A stretch of DNA of 64,000 nucleotides from Eledone cirrhosa (lineage: Eukaryota). The position numbers and the translations under genes were made by a program. The stretch's first letter is position 1; every line of letters begins with the position of its first letter. The stretch covers positions 270,072,001 to 270,136,000 of the forward strand of contig OZ024741.1 of NCBI GenBank assembly GCA_964016885.1. Reading direction: 5' to 3'. Below the pieces are notes generated by a model, which did not search any database, was not told the origin of the DNA, and was given only the letters and a program-made list of their open reading frames with translations. Below, one piece after another: positions 50,201 to 64,000 of the stretch.

Positions 50201-53200
50201 GCTGTCAGTATGTATGTGTCTGTCTATAGGTAGTTAGTGTGAATGTGGCTGTCAGTATGTTTGTGTCTGTCTATAGGTAGTTAGTGTGAATGTGGCTGTC
50301 AGTATGTATGTGTCTATCTATAGGTAGTTAGTATGAATGTGGCTGTCAGTATGTATGTGTCTGTCTATAGGTAGTTAGTGTGAATGTGGCTGTCAGTATG
50401 TATGTATCTGTCTATAGGTAGTTAGTGTGAATGTGACTGTCAGTATGTATGTGTCTGTCTATAGGTAGTTAGTGTGAATATGGCTGTCAGTATGTATGTG
50501 TCTGTCTATAGGTACTTAGTGTGAATGTGGCTGTCAGTATGTATGTGTCTGTCTATAGGTAGTTAGTGTGAATGTGGCTGTCAGTATGTATGTGTCTGTC
50601 TATAGATAGTTAGTGTGAATGTGGCTGTCAGTATGTATGTGTCTGTCTATAGGTAGTTAGTGTGAATGTGGCTGTCAGTATGTATGTGTCTGTCTATAGG
50701 TAGTTAGTGTGAATGTGGTTGTCAGTATGTATGTGTCTATCTATAGGTAGTTAGTGTGAATGTGGCTGTCAGTATGTATGTATCTGTCTATAGGTAGTTA
50801 GTGTGAATGTGGCTGTCAGTATGTATGTGTCTGTCTATAGGTAGTTAGTGTGAATGTGGCTGTCAGTATGTATGTGTCTGTCTATAGGTAGTTAGTGTGA
50901 GTGTGGCTGTCAGTATGTATGTGTCTGTCTATAGGTAGTTAGTGTGAATGTGGCTGTCAGTATGTATGTGTCTGTCTATAGGTAGTTAGCGTGAATGTGG
51001 CTGTCAGTATGTATGTGTCAGTCTATAGGTAGTTAGTGTGAATGTAGCTGTCAGTATGTATGTGTCTGTCTATAGGTAGTTAGTGTGAATGTGGCTGTCA
51101 GTATATATGTGTCTGTCTATAGGTAGTTAGTGTGAATGTGGCTGTCAGTATGTATGTGTCTGTCTATAGGTAGTTAGTTTGAATGTGGTTGTCAGTATGT
51201 ATGTGTCTATCTATAGGTAGTTAGTGTGAATGTGGCTGTCAGTATGTATGTGTCTCTCTATAGGTAGTTAGTGTGAATGTGGCTGTCAGTATGTATGTGT
51301 CTGTCTATAGGTAGTTAATGTGAATGTGGCTGTCAGTATCTATGTGTCTATCTATAGGTAGTTAGTATGAATGTGGCTATCAGTATGTATGTGTCTGTCT
51401 ATAGGTAGTTAGTGTGAATGTGGCTGTCAGTATGTATGTGTCTGTCTATAGGTAGTTAGTGTGAATGTGGCTGTCAGTATGTATGTGTCTCTCTATAGGT
51501 ACTTAGTGTGAATGTGGCTGTCAGTATGTATGTGTCTGTCTATAGGTAGTTAATGTGAATGTGGCTGTCAGTATCTATGTGTCTATCTATAGGTAGTTAG
51601 TATGAATGTGGCTGTTAGTATGTATGTGTCTGTCTATAGGTAGTTAGTGTGAATGTGGCTGTCAGTATGTATGTATCTGTCTATAGGTAGTTAGTGTGAA
51701 TGTGACTGTCAGTATGTATGTGTCTGTCTATAGGTAGTTAGTGTGAATGTGGCTGTCAGTATGTATGTGTCTGTCTATAGGTAGTTAGTGTGAATGTGAC
51801 TGTCAGTATGTATGTGTCTGTCTATAGGTAGTTAGTGTTAATGTGGCTGTCAGTATGTATGTGTCTGTCTATAGGTAGTTAGTGTGAATGTGGCTGTCAG
51901 TATGTATGTGTCTGTCTATAGGTAGTTAGTGTGAATGTGGCTGTCAGTATGTATGTGTCTGTCTATAGGTAGTTAGTGTGAATGTGGCTGTCAGTATGTA
52001 TGTGTCTCTCTATAGGTAGTTAGTGTGAATGTAGCTGTCAGTATGTATGTGTCTGTCTATAGGTAGTTAGTGTGAATGTGTCTGTCAGTATGTATGTGTC
52101 TGTCAATAGGTAGTTAGTGTGAATGTGGCTGTCAGTATGTATGTGTCTGTCTATAGGTAGTTAGTGTGAATATGGCTGTCAGTATGTATGTGTCTGTCTA
52201 TAGGTACTTAGTGTGAATGTGGCTGTCAGTATGTATGTGTCTGTCTATAGGTAGTTAGTGTGGATGTGGCTGTCAGTATGTATGTGTCTGTCTATAGGTA
52301 GTTAGTGTGAATGTGGCTGTTAGTATGTATGTGTCTGTCTATAGGTAGTTAGTGTGAATGTGGCTGTTAGTATGTATGTGTCTGTCTATAGGTAGTTAGT
52401 GTGAATGTGGCTGTCAGTATGTATGTGTCTGTCTATAGGTAGTTAGTGTGAATGTGGCTGTCAGTATGTATGTGTCTGTCTATAGGTAGTTAGTGTGAAT
52501 GTGGCTGTCAGTATCTATGTGTCTGTCTATAGGTAGTTAGTGTGAATGTGGCTGTCAGTATCTATGTGTCTGTCTATAGGTAGTTAGTGTGAATGTGGCT
52601 GTCAGTATGTATGTGTCTGTCTATAGGTAGTTAGTGTGAATGTGGCTGTCAGTATCTATGTGTCTGCCTATAGGTAGTTAGTGTGAATGTGGCTGTTAGT
52701 ATGTATGTGTCTGTCTATAGGTAGTTAGTGTGAATGTGGCTGTCAGTATGTATGTGTCTGTCTATAGGTAGTTAGTGTGAATGTGGCTGTCAGTATGTTT
52801 GTGTCTGTCTATAGGTAGTTAGTGTGAATGTGGCTGTCAGTATGTATGTGTCTATCTATAGGTAGTTAGTATGAATGTGGCTGTCAGTATGTATGTGTCT
52901 GTCTATAGGTAGTTAGTGTGAATGTGGCTGTCAGTATGTATGTATCTGTCTATAGGTAGTTAGTGTGAATGTGACTGTCAGTATGTATGTGTCTGTCTAT
53001 AGGTAGTTAGTGTGAATATGGCTGTCAGTATGTATGTGTCTGTCTATAGGTACTTAGTGTGAATGTGGCTGTCAGTATGTATGTGTCTGTCTATAGGTAG
53101 TTAGTGTGAATGTGGCTGTCAGTATGTATGTGTCTGTCTATAGGTAGTTAGTGTGAATGTGGCTGTCAGTATGTATGTGTCTGTCTATAGGTAGTTAGTG

Positions 53201-56200
53201 TGAATGTGGCTGTCAGTATGTATGTGTCTGTCTATAGGTAGTTAGTGTGAATGTAGCTGTCAGTATGTATGTGTCTGTCTATAGGTAGTTAGTGTGAATG
53301 TGGCTGTCAGTATATATGTGTCTGTCTATAGGTAGTTAGTGTGAATGTGGCTGTCAGTATGTATGTGTCTGTCTATAGGTAGTTAGTGTGAATGTGGCTG
53401 TCAGTATGTATGTGTCTGTCGATTGGTAGTTAGTGTGAATGTGGCTGTCAGTATGTATGTGTCTGTCTATAGGTAGTTAGTGTGAATGTGGCTGTCAGTA
53501 TGTATGTGTCTGTCTATAGGTAGTTAGTGTGAATGTGGCTGTCAGTATTTATGTGTCTGTCTATAGATAGTTAGTGTGAATGTGGTTGTCAGTATGTATG
53601 TGTATATCTATAGGTAGTTAGTGTGAATGTGGCTGTCAGTATGTATGTGTCTGTCTATAGGTACTTAGTGTGAATGTGGCTGTCAGTAAGTATGTATCTG
53701 TCTATATGTAGTTAGTGTGAATGTGGCTGTCAGAATGTATGTGTCTGTCTATAGGTAGTTAGTGTGAATGTGGCTGTCAGTATGTATGTGTCTGTCTATA
53801 GGTAGTTAGTGTGAATGTGGCTGTCAGTATGTATGTGTCTGTCTATAGGTAGTTAGTGTGAATGTGGCTGTCAGTAAGTATGAGTCTGTCTATAGGTAGT
53901 TAGTGTGAATGTGGTTGTCAGTATGTATGTGTCTGTCTATAGGTAGTTAGTGTGAATGTGGCTGTCAGTATGTATGTGTCTGTCTATGGGTAGTTAGTGT
54001 GAATGTGGCTGTCAGTATGTATGTGTCTGTCTATAGGTAGTTAGTGTGAATGTGGCTGTCAGTATGTATGTGTCTGTCTATAGGTAGTTAGTGTGAATGT
54101 GGCTGTCAGTATGTATGTGTCTGTCTATAGGTAGTTAGTGTGAATTTGGCTGTCAGTATGTATGTGTCTGTCTATAGGTAGTTAGTGTGAATGTGGCTGT
54201 CAGTATGTATGTGTCTGTCTATAGGTAGTTAGTGTGAATGTAGCTGTCAGTATGTATGTGTCTGTCTATAGGTAGTTAGTGTGAATGTGGCTGTCAGTAT
54301 ATATGTGTCTGTCTATAGGTAGTTAGTGTGAATGTGGCTGTCAGTATGTATGTGTCTGTCTATAGGTAGTTAGTGTGAATGTGGCTGTCAGTATGTATGT
54401 GTCTGTCTATTGGTAGTTAGTGTGAATGTGGCTGTCAGTATGTATGTGTCTGTCTATAGGTAGTTAGTGTGAATGTGGCTGTCAGTATCTATGTGTCTGT
54501 CTATAGGTAGTTAGTGTGAATGTGGCTGTCAGTATGTATGTGTCTGTCTATAGGTAGTTAGTGTGAATGTGGCTGTCAGTATGTATGTGTCTGTCTATAG
54601 GTAGTTAGTGTGAATGTAGCTGTCAGTATGTATGTGTCTGTCTATAGGTAGTTAGTGTGAATGTGGCTGTCAGTATATATGTGTCTGTCTATAGGTAGTT
54701 AGTGTGAATGTGGCTGTCAGTATGTATGTGTCTGTCTATAGGTAGTTAGTGTGAATGTGGCTGTCAGTATGTATGTGTCTGTCTATTGGTAGTTAGTGTG
54801 AATGTGGCTGTCAGTATCTATGTGTCTGCCTATAGGTAGTTAGTGTGAATGTGGCTGTTAGTATGTATGTGTCTGTCTATAGGTAGTTAGTGTGAATGTG
54901 GCTGTCAGTATGTATGTGTCTGTCTATAGGTAGTTAGTGTGAATGTGGCTGTCAGTATGTTTGTGTCTGTCTATAGGTAGTTAGTGTGAATGTGGCTGTC
55001 AGTATGTATGTGTCTATCTATAGGTAGTTAGTATGAATGTGGCTGTCAGTATGTATGTGTCTGTCTATAGGTAGTTAGTGTGAATGTGGCTGTCAGTATG
55101 TATGTATCTGTCTATAGGTAGTTAGTGTGAATGTGACTGTCAGTATGTATGTGTCTGTCTATAGGTAGTTAGTGTGAATATGGCTGTCAGTATGTATGTG
55201 TCTGTCTATAGGTACTTAGTGTGAATGTGGCTGTCAGTATGTATGTGTCTGTCTATAGGTAGTTAGTGTGAATGTGGCTGTCAGTATGTATGTGTCTGTC
55301 TATAGATAGTTAGTGTGAATGTGGCTGTCAGTATGTATGTGTCTGTCTATAGGTAGTTAGTGTGAATGTGGCTGTCAGTATGTATGTGTCTGTCTATAGG
55401 TAGTTAGTGTGAATGTGGTTGTCAGTATGTATGTGTCTATCTATAGGTAGTTAGTGTGAATGTGGCTGTCAGTATGTATGTATCTGTCTATAGGTAGTTA
55501 GTGTGAATGTGGCTGTCAGTATGTATGTGTCTGTCTATAGGTAGTTAGTGTGAATGTGGCTGTCAGTATGTATGTGTCTGTCTATAGGTAGTTAGTGTGA
55601 GTGTGGCTGTCAGTATGTATGTGTCTGTCTATAGGTAGTTAGTGTGAATGTGGCTGTCAGTATGTATGTGTCTGTCTATAGGTAGTTAGCGTGAATGTGG
55701 CTGTCAGTATGTATGTGTCAGTCTATAGGTAGTTAGTGTGAATGTAGCTGTCAGTATGTATGTGTCTGTCTATAGGTAGTTAGTGTGAATGTGGCTGTCA
55801 GTATATATGTGTCTGTCTATAGGTAGTTAGTGTGAATGTGGCTGTCAGTATGTATGTGTCTGTCTATAGGTAGTTAGTTTGAATGTGGTTGTCAGTATGT
55901 ATGTGTCTATCTATAGGTAGTTAGTGTGAATGTGGCTGTCAGTATGTATGTGTCTCTCTATAGGTAGTTAGTGTGAATGTGGCTGTCAGTATGTATGTGT
56001 CTGTCTATAGGTAGTTAATGTGAATGTGGCTGTCAGTATCTATGTGTCTATCTATAGGTAGTTAGTATGAATGTGGCTATCAGTATGTATGTGTCTGTCT
56101 ATAGGTAGTTAGTGTGAATGTGGCTGTCAGTATGTATGTGTCTGTCTATAGGTAGTTAGTGTGAATGTGGCTGTCAGTATGTATGTGTCTCTCTATAGGT

Positions 56201-59200
56201 ACTTAGTGTGAATGTGGCTGTCAGTATGTATGTGTCTGTCTATAGGTAGTTAATGTGAATGTGGCTGTCAGTATCTATGTGTCTATCTATAGGTAGTTAG
56301 TATGAATGTGGCTGTTAGTATGTATGTGTCTGTCTATAGGTAGTTAGTGTGAATGTGGCTGTCAGTATGTATGTATCTGTCTATAGGTAGTTAGTGTGAA
56401 TGTGACTGTCAGTATGTATGTGTCTGTCTATAGGTAGTTAGTGTGAATGTGGCTGTCAGTATGTATGTGTCTGTCTATAGGTAGTTAGTGTGAATGTGAC
56501 TGTCAGTATGTATGTGTCTGTCTATAGGTAGTTAGTGTTAATGTGGCTGTCAGTATGTATGTGTCTGTCTATAGGTAGTTAGTGTGAATGTGGCTGTCAG
56601 TATGTATGTGTCTGTCTATAGGTAGTTAGTGTGAATGTGGCTGTCAGTATGTATGTGTCTGTCTATAGGTAGTTAGTGTGAATGTGGCTGTCAGTATGTA
56701 TGTGTCTCTCTATAGGTAGTTAGTGTGAATGTAGCTGTCAGTATGTATGTGTCTGTCTATAGGTAGTTAGTGTGAATGTGTCTGTCAGTATGTATGTGTC
56801 TGTCAATAGGTAGTTAGTGTGAATGTGGCTGTCAGTATGTATGTGTCTGTCTATAGGTAGTTAGTGTGAATATGGCTGTCAGTATGTATGTGTCTGTCTA
56901 TAGGTACTTAGTGTGAATGTGGCTGTCAGTATGTATGTGTCTGTCTATAGGTAGTTAGTGTGGATGTGGCTGTCAGTATGTATGTGTCTGTCTATAGGTA
57001 GTTAGTGTGAATGTGGCTGTTAGTATGTATGTGTCTGTCTATAGGTAGTTAGTGTGAATGTGGCTGTTAGTATGTATGTGTCTGTCTATAGGTAGTTAGT
57101 GTGAATGTGGCTGTCAGTATGTATGTGTCTGTCTATAGGTAGTTAGTGTGAATGTGGCTGTCAGTATGTATGTGTCTGTCTATAGGTAGTTAGTGTGAAT
57201 GTGGCTGTCAGTATCTATGTGTCTGTCTATAGGTAGTTAGTGTGAATGTGGCTGTCAGTATCTATGTGTCTGTCTATAGGTAGTTAGTGTGAATGTGGCT
57301 GTCAGTATGTATGTGTCTGTCTATAGGTAGTTAGTGTGAATGTGGCTGTCAGTATCTATGTGTCTGCCTATAGGTAGTTAGTGTGAATGTGGCTGTTAGT
57401 ATGTATGTGTCTGTCTATAGGTAGTTAGTGTGAATGTGGCTGTCAGTATGTATGTGTCTGTCTATAGGTAGTTAGTGTGAATGTGGCTGTCAGTATGTTT
57501 GTGTCTGTCTATAGGTAGTTAGTGTGAATGTGGCTGTCAGTATGTATGTGTCTATCTATAGGTAGTTAGTATGAATGTGGCTGTCAGTATGTATGTGTCT
57601 GTCTATAGGTAGTTAGTGTGAATGTGGCTGTCAGTATGTATGTATCTGTCTATAGGTAGTTAGTGTGAATGTGACTGTCAGTATGTATGTGTCTGTCTAT
57701 AGGTAGTTAGTGTGAATATGGCTGTCAGTATGTATGTGTCTGTCTATAGGTACTTAGTGTGAATGTGGCTGTCAGTATGTATGTGTCTGTCTATAGGTAG
57801 TTAGTGTGAATGTGGCTGTCAGTATGTATGTGTCTGTCTATAGGTAGTTAGTGTGAATGTGGCTGTCAGTATGTATGTGTCTGTCTATAGGTAGTTAGTG
57901 TGAATGTGGCTGTCAGTATGTATGTGTCTGTCTATAGGTAGTTAGTGTGAATGTAGCTGTCAGTATGTATGTGTCTGTCTATAGGTAGTTAGTGTGAATG
58001 TGGCTGTCAGTATATATGTGTCTGTCTATAGGTAGTTAGTGTGAATGTGGCTGTCAGTATGTATGTGTCTGTCTATAGGTAGTTAGTGTGAATGTGGCTG
58101 TCAGTATGTATGTGTCTGTCGATTGGTAGTTAGTGTGAATGTGGCTGTCAGTATGTATGTGTCTGTCTATAGGTAGTTAGTGTGAATGTGGCTGTCAGTA
58201 TGTATGTGTCTGTCTATAGGTAGTTAGTGTGAATGTGGCTGTCAGTATTTATGTGTCTGTCTATAGATAGTTAGTGTGAATGTGGTTGTCAGTATGTATG
58301 TGTATATCTATAGGTAGTTAGTGTGAATGTGGCTGTCAGTATGTATGTGTCTGTCTATAGGTACTTAGTGTGAATGTGGCTGTCAGTAAGTATGTATCTG
58401 TCTATATGTAGTTAGTGTGAATGTGGCTGTCAGAATGTATGTGTCTGTCTATAGGTAGTTAGTGTGAATGTGGCTGTCAGTATGTATGTGTCTGTCTATA
58501 GGTAGTTAGTGTGAATGTGGCTGTCAGTATGTATGTGTCTGTCTATAGGTAGTTAGTGTGAATGTGGCTGTCAGTAAGTATGAGTCTGTCTATAGGTAGT
58601 TAGTGTGAATGTGGTTGTCAGTATGTATGTGTCTGTCTATAGGTAGTTAGTGTGAATGTGGCTGTCAGTATGTATGTGTCTGTCTATGGGTAGTTAGTGT
58701 GAATGTGGCTGTCAGTATGTATGTGTCTGTCTATAGGTAGTTAGTGTGAATGTGGCTGTCAGTATGTATGTGTCTGTCTATAGGTAGTTAGTGTGAATGT
58801 GGCTGTCAGTATGTATGTGTCTGTGTATAGGTAGTTAGTGTGAATTTGGCTGTCAGTATGTATGTGTCTGTCTATAGGTAGTTAGTGTGAATGTGGCTGT
58901 CAGTATGTATGTGTCTGTCTATAGGTAGTTAGTGTGAATGTAGCTGTCAGTATGTATGTGTCTGTCTATAGGTAGTTAGTGTGAATGTGGCTGTCAGTAT
59001 ATATGTGTCTGTCTATAGGTAGTTAGTGTGAATGTGGCTGTCAGTATGTATGTGTCTGTCTATAGGTAGTTAGTGTGAATGTGGCTGTCAGTATGTATGT
59101 GTCTGTCTATTGGTAGTTAGTGTGAATGTGGCTGTCAGTATGTATGTGTCTGTCTATAGGTAGTTAGTGTGAATGTGGCTGTCAGTATCTATGTGTCTGT

Positions 59201-62200
59201 CTATAGGTAGTTAGTGTGAATGTGGCTGTCAGTATGTATGTGTCTGTCTATAGGTAGTTAGTGTGAATGTGGCTGTCAGTATGTATGTGTCTGTCTATAG
59301 GTAGTTAGTGTGAATGTAGCTGTCAGTATGTATGTGTCTGTCTATAGGTAGTTAGTGTGAATGTGGCTGTCAGTATATATGTGTCTGTCTATAGGTAGTT
59401 AGTGTGAATGTGGCTGTCAGTATGTATGTGTCTGTCTATAGGTAGTTAGTGTGAATGTGGCTGTCAGTATGTATGTGTCTGTCTATTGGTAGTTAGTGTG
59501 AATGTGGCTGTCAGTATGTATGTGTCTGTCTATAGGTAGTTAGTGTGAATGTGGCTGTCAGTATGTATGTGTCTGTCTATAGGTAGTTAGTGTGAATGTG
59601 GCTGTCAGTATGTATGTGTCTGTCTATAGGTAGTTAGTGTGAATGTGGCTGTCAGTATGTATGTGTCTGTCTATAGGTAGTTAGTGTGAATGTAGCTGTC
59701 AGTATGTATGTGTCTGTCTATAGGTAGTTAGTGTGAATGTGGCTGTCAGTATATATGTGTCTGTCTATAGGTAGTTAGTGTGAATGTGGCTGTCAGTATG
59801 TATGTGTCTGTCTATAGGTAGTTAGTGTGAATGTGGCTGTCAGTATGTATGTGTCTGTCTATAGGTAGTTAGTGTGAATGTGGCTGTCAGTATGTATGTG
59901 TCTGTCTATAGGTAGTTAGTGTGAATGTAGCTGTCAGTATGTATGTGTCTGTCTATAGGTAGTTAGTGTGAATGTGGCTGTCAGTATATATGTGTCTGTC
60001 TATAGGTAGTTAGTGTGAATGTGGCTGTCAGTATGTATGTGTCTGTCTATAGGTAGTTAGTGTGAATGTGGCTATCAGTATGTATGTGTCTGTCGATTGG
60101 TAGTTAGTGTGAATGTGGCTGTCAGTATGTATGTGTCTGTCTATAGGTAGTTAGTGTGAATGTGGCTGTCAGTATGTATGTGTCTGTCTATAGGTAGTTA
60201 GTGTGAATGTGGCTGTCAGTATTTATGTGTCTGTCTATAGATAGTTAGTGTGAATGTGGTTGTCAGTATGTATGTGTATATCTATAGGTAGTTAGTGTGA
60301 ATGTGGCTGTCAGTATGTATGTGTCTGTCTATAGGTACTTAGTGTGAATGTGGCTGTCAGTAAGTATGTATCTGTCTATATGTAGTTAGTGTGAATGTGG
60401 CTGTCAGAATGTATGTGTCTGTCTATAGGTAGTTAGTGTGAATGTGGCTGTCAGTATGTATGTGTCTGTCTATAGGTAGTTAGTGTGAATGTGGCTGTCA
60501 GTATGTATGTGTCTGTCTATAGGTAGTTAGTGTGAATGTGGCTGTCAGTAAGTATGAGTCTGTCTATAGGTAGTTAGTGTGAATGTGGCTGTCAGTATGT
60601 ATGTGTCTGTCAATAGGTAGTTAGTGTGAATGTGGCTGTCAGTATGTATGTGTCTGTCTATAGGTAGTTAGTGTGAATGTGGTTGTCAGTATGTATGTGT
60701 CTGTCTATAGGTAGTTAGTGTGAATGTGGCTGTCAGTATGTATGTGTCTGTCTATGGGTAGTTAGTGTGAATGTGGCTGTCAGTATGTATGTGTCTGTCT
60801 ATAGGTAGTTAGTGTGAATGTGGCTGTCAGTATGTATGTGTCTGTCTATAGGTAGTTAGTGTGAATGTGGCTGTCAGTATGTATGTGTCTGTCTATAGGT
60901 AGTTAGTGTGAATGTGGCTGTCAGTATGTATGTGTCTGTCTATAGGTAGTTAGTGTGAATTTGGCTGTCAGTATGTATGTGTCTGTCTATAGGTAGTTAG
61001 TGTGAATGTGGCTGTCAGTATGTATGTGTCTGTCTATAGGTAGTTAGTGTGAATGTAGCTGTCAGTATGTATGTGTCTGTCTATAGGTAGTTAGTGTGAA
61101 TGTGGCTGTCAGTATATATGTGTCTGTCTATAGGTAGTTAGTGTGAATGTGGCTGTCAGTATGTATGTGTCTGTCTATAGGTAGTTAGTGTGAATGTGGC
61201 TGTCAGTATGTATGTGTCTGTCTATTGGTAGTTAGTGTGAATGTGGCTGTCAGTATGTATGTGTCTGTCTATAGGTAGTTAGTGTGAATGTGGCTGTCAG
61301 TATCTATGTGTCTGTCTATAGGTAGTTAGTGTGAATGTGGCTGTCAGTATGTATGTGTCTGTCTATAGGTAGTTAGTGTGAATGTGGCTGTCAGTATGTA
61401 TGTGTCTGTCTATAGGTAGTTAGTGTGAATGTAGCTGTCAGTATGTATGTGTCTGTCTATAGGTAGTTAGTGTGAATGTGGCTGTCAGTATATATGTGTC
61501 TGTCTATAGGTAGTTAGTGTGAATGTGGCTGTCAGTATGTATGTGTCTGTCTATAGGTAGTTAGTGTGAATGTAGCTGTCAGTATGTATGTGTCTGTCTA
61601 TAGGTAGTTAGTGTGAATGTGGCTGTCAGTATATATGTGTCTGTCTATAGGTAGTTAGTGTGAATGTGGCTGTCAGTATGTATGTGTCTGTCTATAGGTA
61701 GTTAGTGTGAATGTGGCTGTCAGTATGTATGTGTCTGTCTATTGGTAGTTAGTGTGAATGTGGCTGTCAGTATGTATGTGTCTGTCTATAGGTAGTTAGT
61801 GTGAATGTGGCTGTCAGTATCTATGTGTCTGTCTATAGGTAGTTAGTGTGAATGTGGCTGTCAGTATGTATGTGTCTGTCTATAGGTAGTTAGTGTGAAT
61901 GTGGCTGTCAGTATGTATGTGTCTGTCTATAGGTAGTTAGTGTGAATGTAGCTGTCAGTATGTATGTGTCTGTCTATAGGTAGTTAGTGTGAATGTGGCT
62001 GTCAGTATATATGTGTCTGTCTATAGGTAGTTAGTGTGAATGTGGCTGTCAGTATGTATGTGTCTGTCTATAGGTAGTTAGTGTGAATGTGGCTGTCAGT
62101 ATGTATGTGTCTGTCTATTGGTAGTTAGTGTGAATGTGGCTGTCAGTATGTATGTGTCTGTCTATAGGTAGTTAGTGTGAATGTGGCTGTCAGTATGTAT

Positions 62201-64000
62201 GTGTCTGTCTATAGGTAGTTAGTGTGAATGTGGCTGTCAGTATGTATGTGTCTGTCTATAGGTAGTTAGTGTGAATGTGGCTGTCAGTATGTATGTGTCT
62301 GTCTATAGGTAGTTAGTGTGAATGTAGCTGTCAGTATGTATGTGTCTGTCTATAGGTAGTTAGTGTGAATGTGGCTGTCAGTATATATGTGTCTGTCTAT
62401 AGGTAGTTAGTGTGAATGTGGCTGTCAGTATGTATGTGTCTGTCTATAGGTAGTTAGTGTGAATGTGGCTGTCAGTATGTATGTGTCTGTCTATAGGTAG
62501 TTAGTGTGAATGTGGCTGTCAGTATGTATGTGTCTGTCTATAGGTAGTTAGTGTGAATGTAGCTGTCAGTATGTATGTGTCTGTCTATAGGTAGTTAGTG
62601 TGAATGTGGCTGTCAGTATATATGTGTCTGTCTATAGGTAGTTAGTGTGAATGTGGCTGTCAGTATGTATGTGTCTGTCTATAGGTAGTTAGTGTGAATG
62701 TGGCTGTCAGTATGTATGTGTCTGTCGATTGGTAGTTAGTGTGAATGTGGCTGTCAGTATGTATGTGTCTGTCTATAGGTAGTTAGTGTGAATGTGGCTG
62801 TCAGTATGTATGTGTCTGTCTATAGGTAGTTAGTGTGAATGTGGCTGTCAGTATTTATGTGTCTGTCTATAGATAGTTAGTGTGAATGTGGTTGTCAGTA
62901 TGTATGTGTATATCTATAGGTAGTTAGTGTGAATGTGGCTGTCAGTATGTATGTGTCTGTCTATAGGTACTTAGTGTGAATGTGGCTGTCAGTAAGTATG
63001 TATCTGTCTATATGTAGTTAGTGTGAATGTGGCTGTCAGAATGTATGTGTCTGTCTATAGGTAGTTAGTGTGAATGTGGCTGTCAGTATGTATGTGTCTG
63101 TCTATAGGTAGTTAGTGTGAATGTGGCTGTCAGTATGTATGTGTCTGTCTATAGGTAGTTAGTGTGAATGTGGCTGTCAGTAAGTATGAGTCTGTCTATA
63201 GGTAGTTAGTGTGAATGTGGCTGTCAGTATGTATGTGTCTGTCAATAGGTAGTTAGTGTGAATGTGGCTGTCAGTATGTATGTGTCTGTCTATAGGTAGT
63301 TAGTGTGAATGTGGTTGTCAGTATGTATGTGTCTGTCTATAGGTAGTTAGTGTGAATGTGGCTGTCAGTATGTATGTGTCTGTCTATGGGTAGTTAGTGT
63401 GAATGTGGCTGTCAGTATGTATGTGTCTGTCTATAGGTAGTTAGTGTGAATGTGGCTGTCAGTATGTATGTGTCTGTCTATAGGTAGTTAGTGTGAATGT
63501 GGCTGTCAGTATGTATGTGTCTGTCTATAGGTAGTTAGTGTGAATGTGGCTGTCAGTATGTATGTGTCTGTCTATAGGTAGTTAGTGTGAATTTGGCTGT
63601 CAGTATGTATGTGTCTGTCTATAGGTAGTTAGTGTGAATGTGGCTGTCAGTATGTATGTGTCTGTCTATAGGTAGTTAGTGTGAATGTAGCTGTCAGTAT
63701 GTATGTGTCTGTCTATAGGTAGTTAGTGTGAATGTGGCTGTCAGTATATATGTGTCTGTCTATAGGTAGTTAGTGTGAATGTGGCTGTCAGTATGTATGT
63801 GTCTGTCTATAGGTAGTTAGTGTGAATGTGGCTGTCAGTATGTATGTGTCTGTCTATTGGTAGTTAGTGTGAATGTGGCTGTCAGTATGTATGTGTCTGT
63901 CTATAGGTAGTTAGTGTGAATGTGGCTGTCAGTATCTATGTGTCTGTCTATAGGTAGTTAGTGTGAATGTGGCTGTCAGTATGTATGTGTCTGTCTATAG
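38212..64000. repeat. 47-bp tandem satellite, about 549 copies (continues off the right edge)
   Basis: Unit GTGAATGTGGCTGTCAGTATGTATGTGTCTGTCTATAGGTAGTTAGT; only point variants seen. Confidence 0.99.

Overview
Gene-free, repeat-dominated eukaryotic DNA. The SINE/LINE/Penelope repertoire and (TA)n/(CA)n/(CATA)n density look like an octopus/coleoid genome; this is inference, not verified. The window has three zones. (1) 1-5350 is a 62-bp tandem satellite. (2) 5350-38210 is a mosaic of microsatellites and transposon relics: two R4/Dong-like RLE retrotransposons, a Tx1/L1 3' half, CR1 and RTE 3' ends, Penelope RT and GIY-YIG remnants, tRNA-derived SINEs and a Tigger-like MITE. (3) 38212-64000 is a 47-bp satellite with higher-order duplications. 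No host protein-coding gene is supported, and almost all listed ORFs are repeat artefacts. The main hidden signal, read by eye, is a dense set of minimal type-I hammerhead ribozyme (HHR) motifs between 7.5 and 31.3 kb: about 10 well-formed ones plus several decayed ones. They sit in sequence-unrelated short elements next to (TA)n tracts. Many of these elements are near-perfect fold-back palindromes, two of which carry a ribozyme on each strand. Others are direct or tandem repeats with retrozyme-like architecture. They form a structural series with a truncated Penelope element whose GIY-YIG remnant is bounded by inverted repeats.
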